Shown here: positions 1 through 8,998 of the stretch, piece after piece
How the letters are laid out: every line of letters starts with the position of its first letter
How positions within the stretch are numbered: position 1 is the first letter of the stretch
From: Parcubacteria group bacterium GW2011_GWA2_38_13
Lineage (GTDB): Bacteria > Patescibacteriota > Patescibacteriia > Buchananbacterales > GWA2-38-13
DNA length: 43,531 bases
Assembly (NCBI GenBank): GCA_000992395.1
Contig: LBUD01000003.1
Location: 1-43,531 of the forward strand
Direction of reading: 5' to 3'
The notes under the pieces: generated by a model
What the model was told of the DNA's origin: nothing
What the model saw: the letters and a program-made list of their open reading frames with translations, nothing else
Database searches by the model: none
Made by a program: the position numbers and the translations under genes

Positions 1-56
1 GACTTAGGCTCTTGGATCTTCTTTAGATCCTTAGAACTTAGTCCTTCGGACACAAA

Positions 57-97
57 CCCCGTATCTATCAACATGATAGGCACGGGGTTTTCTTTTT
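57..97 (+). terminator. Rho-independent terminator-like hairpin for a gene lying upstream of the window
   Basis: CCCCGT...ACGGGG outer stem (57-87) with inner TCTATCA/TGATAG pairing, followed by TTTTCTTTTT (88-97). Confidence 0.5.
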
Positions 98-169
98 GTC
101 ATCCTGAATGAAGTGGAGGATCTCACTGCTTATCGAGGGGATTCTTCGGCCATCGGCCTCAGAATGACA
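97..169. repeat. Palindromic intergenic element, family A (TGTCATYCTGA ... TCAGRATGACA)
   Basis: Left arm TGTCATCCTGAATGAAGTGGAGGATC is imperfectly complementary to right arm GATTCTTCGGCCATCGGCCTCAGAATGACA. Second copy at 18429-18529. Confidence 0.7.
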
Positions 170-178
170 GAAAAGTAT

Positions 179-199
179 CGGCTCAACGCGCTTGAGCCG
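179..199 (-). terminator. Hairpin directly after the stop of the 721-aa gene, possible terminator
   Basis: CGGCTCAA-cgcgc-TTGAGCCG, perfect 8-bp stem abutting the stop codon at 200-202. The minus-strand downstream T run is weak. Confidence 0.4.
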
Positions 200-2365
200 T
201 TATTTTTTACTCAAATCATAGTAAAACACAAACGCTTTGTCTTGGTCTATGCTTTGCCAGGAGTCCGCTTCTTTTTTCGCTTTCTCGGTTAATTCTTCAA
301 ATTTATCCCAATAGCTTGAAAGCACAAAATATACATTTTGCACGCCTATAAATTTTCCTGCCTCGTTGGCAGTAATTTTTGATGGATTTTTATACACCAT
401 ATCTAAATAGTATTGGTATAAAGGATCGCCGGTCGGGATTGGATAGTAAAAATAATACGCCCCATTCTTTTCATTAAGAAAATATTTTTTAAATCCAAAT
501 TCCCGTATGGCGGCAACAGAGGTCATTTGATTGGCAAGCACTACATAATCGCTTGCTGCCATATCATCAATATATCGCACTGTATTAATGTCTGTTTGAG
601 TAATATTGTACCCCCGATCAAGATGATATGCGTCTGATCGCGGATATGAAATATAAAGCGACGAGGTGATGAAAAAAGACATAAATACAATAATGATAAA
701 ACGCAAAAAAACGGTTTTTTTAAAACTTTGCGCCAAGGCGTAGAGAAGCGCGAAGAAAATTATAGGCAAAAGAAAGTAAAAAGAAATATCAAAAATTCTA
801 TTCGGATAGTTTTGCTGTTCATAGGTTATCAGGGAAGGGAATTGGACTACGATGCGAAGAATAATATAATTGATAAAAAATATAATAAAAAGCATAGGAT
901 ACATAGCCGATGCGCGAATTTTATATTTTCGTATGAGTAAAATAGTTCCAAGCGCGGACACCAACAAGAAAAAAATATGCATATTATTTTCATACCAATA
1001 TGCTATATCATGTATAATATTAAAATTATTATTAATATTTGGAATTAAAAACTCCAATGTGTCTTGAAAAACTCCCACAGTATTAAAAAGTTTGAAAGAA
1101 ACTATTGAAGAGAGTGTTTTTGAAAATTCGGAATTTATTATAAAAATAATCGGAAGCGATATGCATGCCAAAAAACCTGCTTCCAAAAAAAGAAATTTTT
1201 TTAAAATTGAAAATGCCGGGGAATTAAATTTAAGATAATATAATAAACAAATAAACATTATAAATATTATAGCAGGGATGCCTGTTATCGGATGGATGAA
1301 AAGAGTGGCGCACGATAGCGCTATGAGAGGCAATATCCATTTTTTGTCGCCTGTAAAAATTATAATAGGAGAAAGCAGAATAATAATTAAAATAAAAAAA
1401 TTAGCAAGCGCTTGGGGGGTGGTTACGATAAAAGACGAGAAGGGAACCATAAGGAAAGCGGCTGAAGCAAACGGCAAGAAATGGGTTTTTTGCGTTACTT
1501 GGGAAAAAGTGAAATAAAGTATGAGAGGAATAAAAAAAGAAAAAAGCAGCGGGACAAGATATATATCGATAATTGATGTTGAAAGAAAAGAAATTTTTGA
1601 AAGCATCACGACAAGGACATATTGGCCTGTGTAGTAGAGTGGTTTTGGAGTGATGCTTCCTTTTTCCGCAATTATTTTTTCAGTAGCCTGATGTATTATG
1701 GGATCAAATCCATAGCCGAGCTTATAAACAGATATTGCGATGGTTGCGGAAAGAATAAAATGTAAAATCACAAGCCACAATGTGATGTAACTTTTTTTAT
1801 TTTTTACGGCTATGGTCAGCAAAAGCAGGGTGGAAAAAAAATAAAAAGTAAAAAAAACTTTTGGAATAATAAGCCATGGCGATCGTATGGCTTCTCCGGT
1901 AGCTGATGTTACAATAATAAAAAAATTAACGCACTCAAAAAATAAAAAAAGCGCAATAAGCACAAAAACTTTAATACTGATTTTTTTATCTGTTGAATTC
2001 TTAAAACGTAAAACCCCGCTTGCCCGTGGAATAAAAATAAGGCCGACAGCCAATATGCTGATAATAAAAAAAATTGTGAAATTATTAAAAGGTATTATGT
2101 AATACAAGATTGAGCCCGCGATTATTATTATCGCCAGCAAAAATATGCTTCCAAGTATCTTATTCCAGTACGGCCGGTACGTTTTCAGAAAATATATATC
2201 GCCGATGAAATATGAAAATATAAAAAAAAGAAGGCACGAAAAAAATATTCCGATATAGAGATTTTTCCATATCGCCATATTCAAAAAAAGCAAAATAATG
2301 ACAACAAGCGATATGATTGATTTTTTTTGGATTTCTGCTAAATTTATCATATAGTTATTGTACAC
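200..2365 (-). CDS. Large polytopic membrane protein (many TM helices plus ~150-aa soluble C-terminal domain), possibly GT-C-fold glycosyltransferase-like
   Basis: 721-aa ORF, hydrophobic helices through about residue 560, then a hydrophilic tail. The listed start is GTG at 2365; an ATG at 2350 (MINLAEIQKK) is the likelier start. Divergent from the next gene. Confidence 0.7.
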   Translation of the reverse strand: MYNNYMINLAEIQKKSIISLVVIILLFLNMAIWKNLYIGIFFSCLLFFIFSYFIGDIYFLKTYRPYWNKILGSIFLLAIIIIAGSILYYIIPFNNFTIFFIISILAVGLIFIPRASGVLRFKNSTDKKISIKVFVLIALFLFFECVNFFIIVTSATGEAIRSPWLIIPKVFFTFYFFSTLLLLTIAVKNKKSYITLWLVILHFILSATIAISVYKLGYGFDPIIHQATEKIIAEKGSITPKPLYYTGQYVLVVMLSKISFLSTSIIDIYLVPLLFSFFIPLILYFTFSQVTQKTHFLPFASAAFLMVPFSSFIVTTPQALANFFILIIILLSPIIIFTGDKKWILPLIALSCATLFIHPITGIPAIIFIMFICLLYYLKFNSPAFSILKKFLFLEAGFLACISLPIIFIINSEFSKTLSSIVSFKLFNTVGVFQDTLEFLIPNINNNFNIIHDIAYWYENNMHIFFLLVSALGTILLIRKYKIRASAMYPMLFIIFFINYIILRIVVQFPSLITYEQQNYPNRIFDISFYFLLPIIFFALLYALAQSFKKTVFLRFIIIVFMSFFITSSLYISYPRSDAYHLDRGYNITQTDINTVRYIDDMAASDYVVLANQMTSVAAIREFGFKKYFLNEKNGAYYFYYPIPTGDPLYQYYLDMVYKNPSKITANEAGKFIGVQNVYFVLSSYWDKFEELTEKAKKEADSWQSIDQDKAFVFYYDLSKK

Positions 2366-2390
2366 AATACTTAAGATATTGACAATTATA

Positions 2391-2399
2391 TGGTATAAT
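2391..2399 (+). promoter_or_regulatory. Extended -10 promoter element (TGgTATAAT)
   Basis: TGGTATAAT at 2391-2399, 12 nt upstream of the ATG at 2412, implying a very short or absent leader. A TTGACA at 2379-2384 is too close to act as its -35. Confidence 0.35.
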
Positions 2400-2411
2400 T
2401 CAAATGAACCT

Positions 2412-4010
2412 ATGATTGAAGAAAAGACAAGGCAGAAGTATTACTTCGGCTCGCTTATTGCATGGGGGTTGTTTTTTGTATTGGTATATTGTAATTTTTT
2501 GCTGGCGACAGTCCAGGATTCGGGCAATAGAATTTTTAATTCTCCGGATGAAAACGCGAATTATTTATTTACGAAACTCTATTCGGAAAAAAGCGAATTT
2601 TTTATACCGGAGCCCGAGAATGCAAAATATACAAATATTATTTTTCCGAGGTCAGTGCATGTAGCCGAGGACGGAATGCTTTTATCCGGAAGTTTTATCG
2701 GAATAATTATCATATACGGTTTGTTGGCAAAATTTTTTGGAATTTGGATTATTATTTTTCTTACACCAATCATATCTTTTTTCGGCGCTATATTTTTTTT
2801 CAAATTAATAAAAGAAATATTTTCAAAAAAAATCGCATTTATTTCAACGCTGTTATTATTTATATTTCCTGCATGGTGGTATTATAACAGCCGTTCAATG
2901 TTTCATAATATTCTTTTTGTAAATTTTATTATTTTTTTTCTTTATTGTTTTATAAAATTTTTGCGCAATAGGCGCGTTTCATATATTGTCGGGTCGCTTG
3001 CTTTTTTTGCTTTGGCGCTTTTTACTCGTTTTTCAGAAATAGTATGGATAGCTCCTGGTTTTTTTGCGTTGTTAATCGCCAGTAAGAAATATATTTCGTG
3101 GAAAATATTTATAAGCATGATGTGCTTATTTTTTGCCATAATCCTTGGTATTGTATACGCAAATATAAAAATTTTTGGAAATGCCATAACCGCAGGATAT
3201 TCATATGAATTAGAAAGCGCGTCGGCAATCAGTAATGTATTCAACATGATATTTCCTTTTGGATTTCACCCAAAAAGAGCTTTTATAAATTTTTATAATT
3301 ATTATCCCTATTTATTATGGTGGTTTTTCATACCAAGTATTTTAGGATTTATTTTTATGCTTAAAAAGTTTCGCCGGCTTGCGCAGGAACAAAAATATTA
3401 TATTTTTGGATTTTGTTGCGTATCAGTGTTTCTTATTTTGTATTATGGTTCATGGACAATAACAGATAATTTAGATCCTTCTAAAATTACCATAGGAACT
3501 TCCTATGTTCGGTACTGGCTGTGTATATATATTTTTTCACTGCCTTTCGCGGCGTATTTTTTTCAGAAGTTGCTTAGCGTAATCAAAAATAGAAAATTGA
3601 AGATGGCAACAATATTTATTTTAATGGTAGCGCTTGCCTATTTATCATTTGATCTTGTTTGGTTGAATTCAGAAGAAAGCCTTCTGGCGGTGCAAAAATC
3701 AATCAACGGATATTATATGAAAAGAGATTTGGTTTCTAGTATTATTTCAGATGATTCAATGATAGTGACGGAAAAATCAGATAAAATTTTTTTTCCAAAA
3801 TATAAAATTATTTCCGAGCCAAATAATGAAAAAGTCATTCAAAATGTGAAAAAAATGATTAGCGACGGTATTCCAATATATTATTATACTTTTTTGGGTG
3901 ATAATGATATTAATGTATATAATAGTTATTTGGATTCTTTTGGGATGAAACTCAATAATAAAATCCGCATATTTGGAAATGAAAATTTGTATTCCATGGA
4001 AATAAAATAG
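2412..4010 (+). CDS. GT-C-type (ArnT/PMT, GT39/GT83-like) membrane glycosyltransferase
   Basis: More than 10 hydrophobic helices. Acidic SPDENANYLF motif in the first loop after TM1, as in GT-C enzymes. Soluble C-terminal ~120 aa. The ORF track starts at TTG 2358, but the promoter-like element lies inside that extension, so ATG 2412 is preferred. Confidence 0.6.
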   Translation: MIEEKTRQKYYFGSLIAWGLFFVLVYCNFLLATVQDSGNRIFNSPDENANYLFTKLYSEKSEFFIPEPENAKYTNIIFPRSVHVAEDGMLLSGSFIGIIIIYGLLAKFFGIWIIIFLTPIISFFGAIFFFKLIKEIFSKKIAFISTLLLFIFPAWWYYNSRSMFHNILFVNFIIFFLYCFIKFLRNRRVSYIVGSLAFFALALFTRFSEIVWIAPGFFALLIASKKYISWKIFISMMCLFFAIILGIVYANIKIFGNAITAGYSYELESASAISNVFNMIFPFGFHPKRAFINFYNYYPYLLWWFFIPSILGFIFMLKKFRRLAQEQKYYIFGFCCVSVFLILYYGSWTITDNLDPSKITIGTSYVRYWLCIYIFSLPFAAYFFQKLLSVIKNRKLKMATIFILMVALAYLSFDLVWLNSEESLLAVQKSINGYYMKRDLVSSIISDDSMIVTEKSDKIFFPKYKIISEPNNEKVIQNVKKMISDGIPIYYYTFLGDNDINVYNSYLDSFGMKLNNKIRIFGNENLYSMEIK

Positions 4011-4012
4011 GC

Positions 4013-5539
4013 TTGTATCATATGGGCATAAAAAAAATATTATTTATAACACTTCGTTTAATATTTTTTTTGTTGCCAATTGCGCTGGCGTTGCGGCTTT
4101 TATATAAAGATTTTGTTGTGTCGGGACAGCTGACGGCAGAATATGATTTTAAAACCCCGTCTCCATTTATAAGCGTTTTACGTCCGCAGTCAAGGGTAAG
4201 TGAAATATCCCATAATGATAGCGGTGATTATTTTCAAACCATTCATGATGAACCGGTATATTTTGATATCAGAATGCCGAGAATGTTGGATACCGCGAAA
4301 GTATCTATTGTTTATAAAAACATAGATCAGCGAATTTTTGAAGCAGGCGCCATGACAAACAAGGATCAATGGATTTTCGATTTAAAGCCGGTGGAAAATA
4401 ATATTATTGATTATCTTTTTCAGGATAAATTGCGATGGACCATGATTCGCGATCAGGACGTGGTTTTATTCCAGCGAAATAAAAAATTTCAATCCATAAA
4501 AGATTTTTTAGAAAATCTTCCGGCAAATGAAAAGATTGCAACGTATAATTATGCTATTCCAAAAGATTACGTAATGAAAAATTATATTGCCCGTCAAAAC
4601 GGTGTTACGATAAATAAAACTTTGCGCGGTACACATCGCATGTACACGTATATAAAAAACGAACCAATAGATATGGAAATATGGATACAAGATGTAAATA
4701 GGCACGCGGGTGATGATTACGCAAGCATTGATATAATAAATAAAGATTCCGAATCAATATACAGTAACTTTATAAAGCTTGATAATGATGCTCAATCCAG
4801 CCTAACAATGTCCGAAGTTCGGGAAGAGCATATTGTTGTGGATAATGTGCCTGAGGGATTATATAAAATAGAAATCACATCGCCAAGTGATGATATATTT
4901 ATACGAAGGATAGCCGCGAATTGCAGTTATCTTGTGTTTATAAACAAGGTGTATCTTGGCGACAACGTTGGATATTCAGATGAATTTATTCAAGAAAGAA
5001 TGGAACCAACGCTTTTACATACAAATGGAAAAAATATTTCAGCAATCACAACCCATGTAGAGGGATTGCAAACCTTATTGGTAAATAATATTGTTTTAAA
5101 TATTGACGATACCCATAAAGAATTTATAACACAGGTTAATTTTAAATTTAAAAAAATTATAGTTCCAAGAAACGACATAACCATAGAAACAAAAGGAATG
5201 ATATCTTTTTCGGACAATAATTTTTTTAATCCGGAATTTGCAACTTTATCCGACGGAAGCGAATTTGATATGGATGCTATTTCTTATGTTATAGCGAAAT
5301 ATGGGGACGGCAAGGAACTGGATAATGATTGGAGAGAGGCAAAACTTGTTTTTAATTCTTCAAAATATTATACCGGCGATTCAATGCTTCATTTTGTTTT
5401 GTCATTGCCGTATATTAAAACAGGTGATACGGGGGTATTAATTTCTCATATTACAGTAGAAATGAGCGGATCGCCTTTGTCGTCCCAATCTATTTTTACC
5501 CTTATAAAAAACAAGATAAAAGAATATATAGTATTATAA
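4013..5539 (+). CDS. N-terminally membrane-anchored exported protein, function unknown
   Basis: 508-aa ORF, one N-terminal TM (ILFITLRLIFFLLPIALAL) then a hydrophilic domain. Begins 3 nt after the upstream stop. TTG start at 4013, alternative ATG at 4022. Confidence 0.7.
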   Translation: MYHMGIKKILFITLRLIFFLLPIALALRLLYKDFVVSGQLTAEYDFKTPSPFISVLRPQSRVSEISHNDSGDYFQTIHDEPVYFDIRMPRMLDTAKVSIVYKNIDQRIFEAGAMTNKDQWIFDLKPVENNIIDYLFQDKLRWTMIRDQDVVLFQRNKKFQSIKDFLENLPANEKIATYNYAIPKDYVMKNYIARQNGVTINKTLRGTHRMYTYIKNEPIDMEIWIQDVNRHAGDDYASIDIINKDSESIYSNFIKLDNDAQSSLTMSEVREEHIVVDNVPEGLYKIEITSPSDDIFIRRIAANCSYLVFINKVYLGDNVGYSDEFIQERMEPTLLHTNGKNISAITTHVEGLQTLLVNNIVLNIDDTHKEFITQVNFKFKKIIVPRNDITIETKGMISFSDNNFFNPEFATLSDGSEFDMDAISYVIAKYGDGKELDNDWREAKLVFNSSKYYTGDSMLHFVLSLPYIKTGDTGVLISHITVEMSGSPLSSQSIFTLIKNKIKEYIVL

Positions 5540-5542
5540 AAT

Positions 5543-5935
5543 ATGAAATTATTTATAGTAAAAATCGCGCAATATATTTTTGAATCGCTTTGCATTGCGC
5601 TTTTTCTTTTGTTTGGAATGGAATTTATGAAAACGGGGGTAGTTACAAATTATATAAATTTTAATCTTCTACTGACGCTTACATTGATTTTTGGAATTAT
5701 CGTGGTATTATTAAATAACGGAAGCGAAGAAAAAAACAGTAAATTTAAAATAATGAATACGGTATGGCGTGTTATATTCTCCGTTGCAATCGGTATGGTT
5801 TGCGTCATAATCGCTGGACAAGCTTTGATGGATCAGTCGAATTTTGGAGCTATCGCGCGGGTCGCGTATATAATGCCATGGGTTATGGGTTTTGGGGCAG
5901 GACTTAGCGTATACGCGATAATACATAAAAAATAA
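5543..5935 (+). CDS. Small integral membrane protein (about 4 TM), unknown function
   Basis: 130-aa ORF, 3 nt after the upstream stop, four hydrophobic segments. Confidence 0.6.
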   Translation: MKLFIVKIAQYIFESLCIALFLLFGMEFMKTGVVTNYINFNLLLTLTLIFGIIVVLLNNGSEEKNSKFKIMNTVWRVIFSVAIGMVCVIIAGQALMDQSNFGAIARVAYIMPWVMGFGAGLSVYAIIHKK

Positions 5936-5941
5936 AATTTT

Positions 5942-6292
5942 ATGAATTGCATATTTTGTAAAATTGTATCGGGCGAAATTCCGTGTGCAAAAGTATATGA
6001 AGATGAAAAAATTTTAGCTTTTTTGGATATTAAACCAGTAAATTTAGGGCATGTTCTTGTGATTCCAAAAGAACATTATGCGAATATGCTTGAAACTCCC
6101 CATGATATAATCGCCGGTATTTTTCAAAAATCAAAAGAACTGATGATATCTATCAAAACTGCGATGAGCGCGGATTTTGTTGTTTTGTCTGTGGTTGGAA
6201 TTGATGTGCCTCATTTTCATATTCATTTGTTACCGCGGTATTCAAGCGATGGTTTGCATAATTTCTGGCCGACGAAATTGATTGAAGTTTGA
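5942..6292 (+). CDS. HIT (histidine triad) family nucleotide hydrolase/transferase
   Basis: N-terminal CxFC...GEIP motif and C-terminal histidine triad VPHFHIHLLPR. Length typical for HIT proteins (116 aa). Confidence 0.9.
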   Translation: MNCIFCKIVSGEIPCAKVYEDEKILAFLDIKPVNLGHVLVIPKEHYANMLETPHDIIAGIFQKSKELMISIKTAMSADFVVLSVVGIDVPHFHIHLLPRYSSDGLHNFWPTKLIEV

Positions 6293-6300
6293 AATTGTAG

Positions 6301-6321
6301 GGGTTTGCCGGTGGCAAACCC
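6301..6321. other. Perfect 9-bp GC-rich hairpin just after the HIT stop
   Basis: GGGTTTGCC-ggt-GGCAAACCC. No T run follows it. Confidence 0.6.
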
Positions 6322-6346
6322 GATAAAGAAAGCCGCAGACGGCAGA

Positions 6347-6427
6347 TTATAGACGATAAGAATTATATGTCGTGTACGTCTTATAAGACCTATAAGTCCT
6401 ATATGTCGTATAAGTCTAATAAGTCTC
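6347..6427. repeat. Degenerate ~9-nt tandem repeat (YTATAAGTC-like), including the perfect 12-bp palindrome GTCTTATAAGAC (6378-6389)
   Basis: cttataagac/ctataagtc/ctatatgtcg/tataagtc/taataagtc read directly. The minus-strand ORF 6223-6429 (LIRLIRHIGLIGLIR) is simply its translation. Confidence 0.7.
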
Positions 6428-6436
6428 ATGGCTGTT

Positions 6437-6464
6437 AAATAAAAAAGCAGTCCATGAGGACTGC
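6437..6464 (-). terminator. Rho-independent terminator of the 102-aa minus-strand gene
   Basis: GCAGTCC-atga-GGACTGC stem (6447-6464), followed on the minus strand by TTTTTTATTT. Confidence 0.75.
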
Positions 6465-6470
6465 CTTAGA

Positions 6471-6779
6471 TCATTCTAGCGAGCCATGAAATTCGGGATA
6501 ATAGCTACCATAAAGAATTCGGTAAGCAAAGCTATGGACATTGTGCATTGTACGAAAGTTTTCGGGGATCTCTTCAACATTTTTTTCTATCAGCTTTCTG
6601 AGTATTAGCTTATCGGCTACGCCCAAATGTTGCCGTTTCGGCGGTGATGACAAATGGTATCCGTTAAGATCCAGATCTATGAAGAAATCTTCGGTATAAA
6701 ATTCAATAAATTTACAGGCGATTTCCAGTATTTTGGCGATTAACTCATTTTTTGAAAGTATACCTATACCCTTTATCAT
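6471..6779 (-). CDS. Hypothetical small cytoplasmic protein
   Basis: 102-aa ORF with its own terminator. No motif recognised. Confidence 0.55.
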   Translation of the reverse strand: MIKGIGILSKNELIAKILEIACKFIEFYTEDFFIDLDLNGYHLSSPPKRQHLGVADKLILRKLIEKNVEEIPENFRTMHNVHSFAYRILYGSYYPEFHGSLE

Positions 6780-6848
6780 TATTTTACTCCTGTTGTGGAT
6801 GTTAATGTACGATTTAATACTATATAATAAATATTTAATTTCGTCAAT

Positions 6849-7871
6849 ATGCCTAAAAAATTATTAGTAACCGGCGGGGCGGGATTTATCGGATCAAACT
6901 TTGTCCGTTATTGGCTTAATCATCATCCTGACGACGACGTGATAAATTTTGATGCGCTTACATACGCAGGAAATTTAGAAAATCTTAAAGATATTGAAAA
7001 AAATCCGCGCTATAAGTTTATCCAAGGTGATATTGGAGACCTGGAGCACAATAAAAAATTATTCCATGATGAGTTGGTTGATGTTGTTGTTAATTTTGCA
7101 GCCGAATCCCATAATGGCCGGGCAATGGTGGAGCCGGATATTTTTGTAAAAACCAATGTCTTGGGCACTCAAATGCTTTTAGAGGCGGCGAAAGAAAGCG
7201 GGATTAAAAGATTCCACCATGTTTCCACCTGTGAAGTGTTTGGAGATTTGGCATTAGATGAGAAACGCGCTTTTAAAGAAAGCGATCCTTACGCGCCGAA
7301 AACGCCCTATAATGCTTCAAAAGCCGGCGCTAACCATGAAGTAATGGCATATTTTCATACATTTAAGCTGCCCATTACTATCAGCCACTGTTCAAATAAT
7401 TTTGGCCCATTTCAATTTCCGGAAAAGGTTATCCCTCGATTTATAACCAACGCTATTGATAACAAAGAGTTGCCATTATTTAAGAGCAGCCAAAATAAAA
7501 GAGAGTGGTTGCATACCATTGATCACTGCCGGGCTATTGATATGATTATTGAAAAAGGAAAAATCGGCGAAGCTTACAATATAGGCAGCGGAGTGGAAAA
7601 AAGCGTGGAAGAGATAACAGGCGCGATCCTAAAAAGATTACATAAGCCCGATACTTTAAAAATTTATGTTGAAGACCGGCCAGGGCATGATCGGCGCTAT
7701 CTTTTAGATACGACGAAAATTAAAAATGAACTTGGCTGGGAGCCGATAATTGAATTTGAAAAAGGCATGGATGAAGTTGTTGACTGGTATGTAAAAAATG
7801 AAAAATGGTGGCGGCCGTTGCTTGGCAAAGGATTTGTTGAAAACTACCAAAAGATTACAAAAATAAAATAA
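6849..7871 (+). CDS. rfbB: dTDP-glucose 4,6-dehydratase
   Basis: N-terminal Rossmann motif VTGGAGFIGSNF, catalytic YxxxK (YNASKAG), PGHDRRY motif near the C terminus. 340 aa. Confidence 0.93.
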   Translation: MPKKLLVTGGAGFIGSNFVRYWLNHHPDDDVINFDALTYAGNLENLKDIEKNPRYKFIQGDIGDLEHNKKLFHDELVDVVVNFAAESHNGRAMVEPDIFVKTNVLGTQMLLEAAKESGIKRFHHVSTCEVFGDLALDEKRAFKESDPYAPKTPYNASKAGANHEVMAYFHTFKLPITISHCSNNFGPFQFPEKVIPRFITNAIDNKELPLFKSSQNKREWLHTIDHCRAIDMIIEKGKIGEAYNIGSGVEKSVEEITGAILKRLHKPDTLKIYVEDRPGHDRRYLLDTTKIKNELGWEPIIEFEKGMDEVVDWYVKNEKWWRPLLGKGFVENYQKITKIK

Positions 7872-7885
7872 ATTTTCAATTCCTT

Positions 7886-8191
7886 ATGAATGAAGTACAA
7901 ATAGCGCAAATGATTTATCCTTCCGTGGTCACCTGTATTGGTGACTGGAAAAAAATGCTTGAAGAGGTAAAAAAATTTCGCCTCACGGAAATATCATTAT
8001 TTCTTACTACCGCTGGCGTTAATGAGAGGAAAAAAATTTATGCCGAGCTCGCCAAGACCTCTGTAAAAAAAATTCCTCACGTGCACGCGCGAAACGATAT
8101 GAAAGAAGAGGAGCTGGATTATCTGGTGAAAATGTATAAAACCGAAGCGTTTACCATACATTTTCAATTTCACATTACTATCAATTTTTAG
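7886..8191 (+). CDS. Hypothetical protein, possibly the 5' part of a frameshifted gene
   Basis: 101-aa ORF. The next ORF's reading frame is already open from about 8140, so the two frames overlap. Confidence 0.4.
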   Translation: MNEVQIAQMIYPSVVTCIGDWKKMLEEVKKFRLTEISLFLTTAGVNERKKIYAELAKTSVKKIPHVHARNDMKEEELDYLVKMYKTEAFTIHFQFHITINF

Positions 8192-8226
8192 CGCACACGC
8201 CGGATTTTCACGAAAGAGATAAAAAA

Positions 8227-8451
8227 ATGGCAAGCATGTTTACCGTAGGATGCAATCATATCAGCGCGGTTAATAGCGATGATTGGAGTTCCCATACGGC
8301 GCATTCCAAAAAAGAATTTGATTATCTTGCGAAATTGCCAAAAAAATTATTTTCAAAATATTTGAACCTGGAATTGTCAAATTCACTCCATGAGCAGTTG
8401 GAATTTAAAAAATACATAGCCCGCCTGCTTGCGAAAGCATGGAATACATAG
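8227..8451 (+). CDS. Hypothetical protein, possibly the 3' part of a frameshifted gene
   Basis: 74-aa ORF in a different frame, 35 nt after the previous stop. Confidence 0.35.
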   Translation: MASMFTVGCNHISAVNSDDWSSHTAHSKKEFDYLAKLPKKLFSKYLNLELSNSLHEQLEFKKYIARLLAKAWNT

Positions 8452-8466
8452 TAATATATACAAGGT

Positions 8467-8907
8467 ATGCATGTATTGCCAAAAATCGTATTACGATCTC
8501 GCGGCCCGATAATAGCATCTGATGCTATTGTTTGCAATGCGAAAAAAGAGATTTTGTTAACAAAGCGCAATATCGAGCCATTCCGCGGTAAGTGGGTTTT
8601 GCCGGGCGGACACGTAAAATACGGGGAAACAATTGAGAATGCTTTACAAAGAGAGGTTGAGGAAGAAACAGGCTATAAAGTTATGATAGAAAAGCTTCAT
8701 GGGGTATATTCAAATCCAAAGCGCGATCCAAGGTATCATATTATTTGTATTTGCTTTATTTGTAAAATTGTTTCGGGTGACGCAAAAATAAATTTTGAGG
8801 TTGGAGAAATAAAGTTTTTTTCCTTGAAATCGCTTCCGCGGAAGATGGGGTTTGATCATAGGAAAATAATACAAGATTTTATAAATAATAAAGGAAAGCA
8901 GAGATAA
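8467..8907 (+). CDS. NUDIX hydrolase
   Basis: Nudix box GKWVLPGGHVKYGETIENALQREVEEETGY (GX5EX7REUXEEXGU). Confidence 0.9.
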   Translation: MHVLPKIVLRSRGPIIASDAIVCNAKKEILLTKRNIEPFRGKWVLPGGHVKYGETIENALQREVEEETGYKVMIEKLHGVYSNPKRDPRYHIICICFICKIVSGDAKINFEVGEIKFFSLKSLPRKMGFDHRKIIQDFINNKGKQR

Positions 8908-8938
8908 TTTCTATAATCGGCTAAAAAATGCTATAATA

Positions 8939-8967
8939 TTGACAGATGTGGATAAGTGATATAATAT
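8939..8967 (+). promoter_or_regulatory. Sigma-70-like promoter ahead of the HicB/HicA-like pair
   Basis: TTGACA 8939-8944, then TATAAT 8960-8965 (15-nt spacer) or TAATAT 8962-8967 (17-nt spacer). Confidence 0.5.
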
Positions 8968-8998
8968 AGTTATGCATTAGAGTATTTATCTAAAAAAT

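Noticed and set aside
6223-6429. ORF 6223-6429(-), encoding a LIRLIRHIGLIGLIR peptide, and ORF 18475-18720(-), ending in VILSEAKDHTD.
   Set aside because: Both are translations of the tandem repeat and the family A palindrome respectively, not genes.
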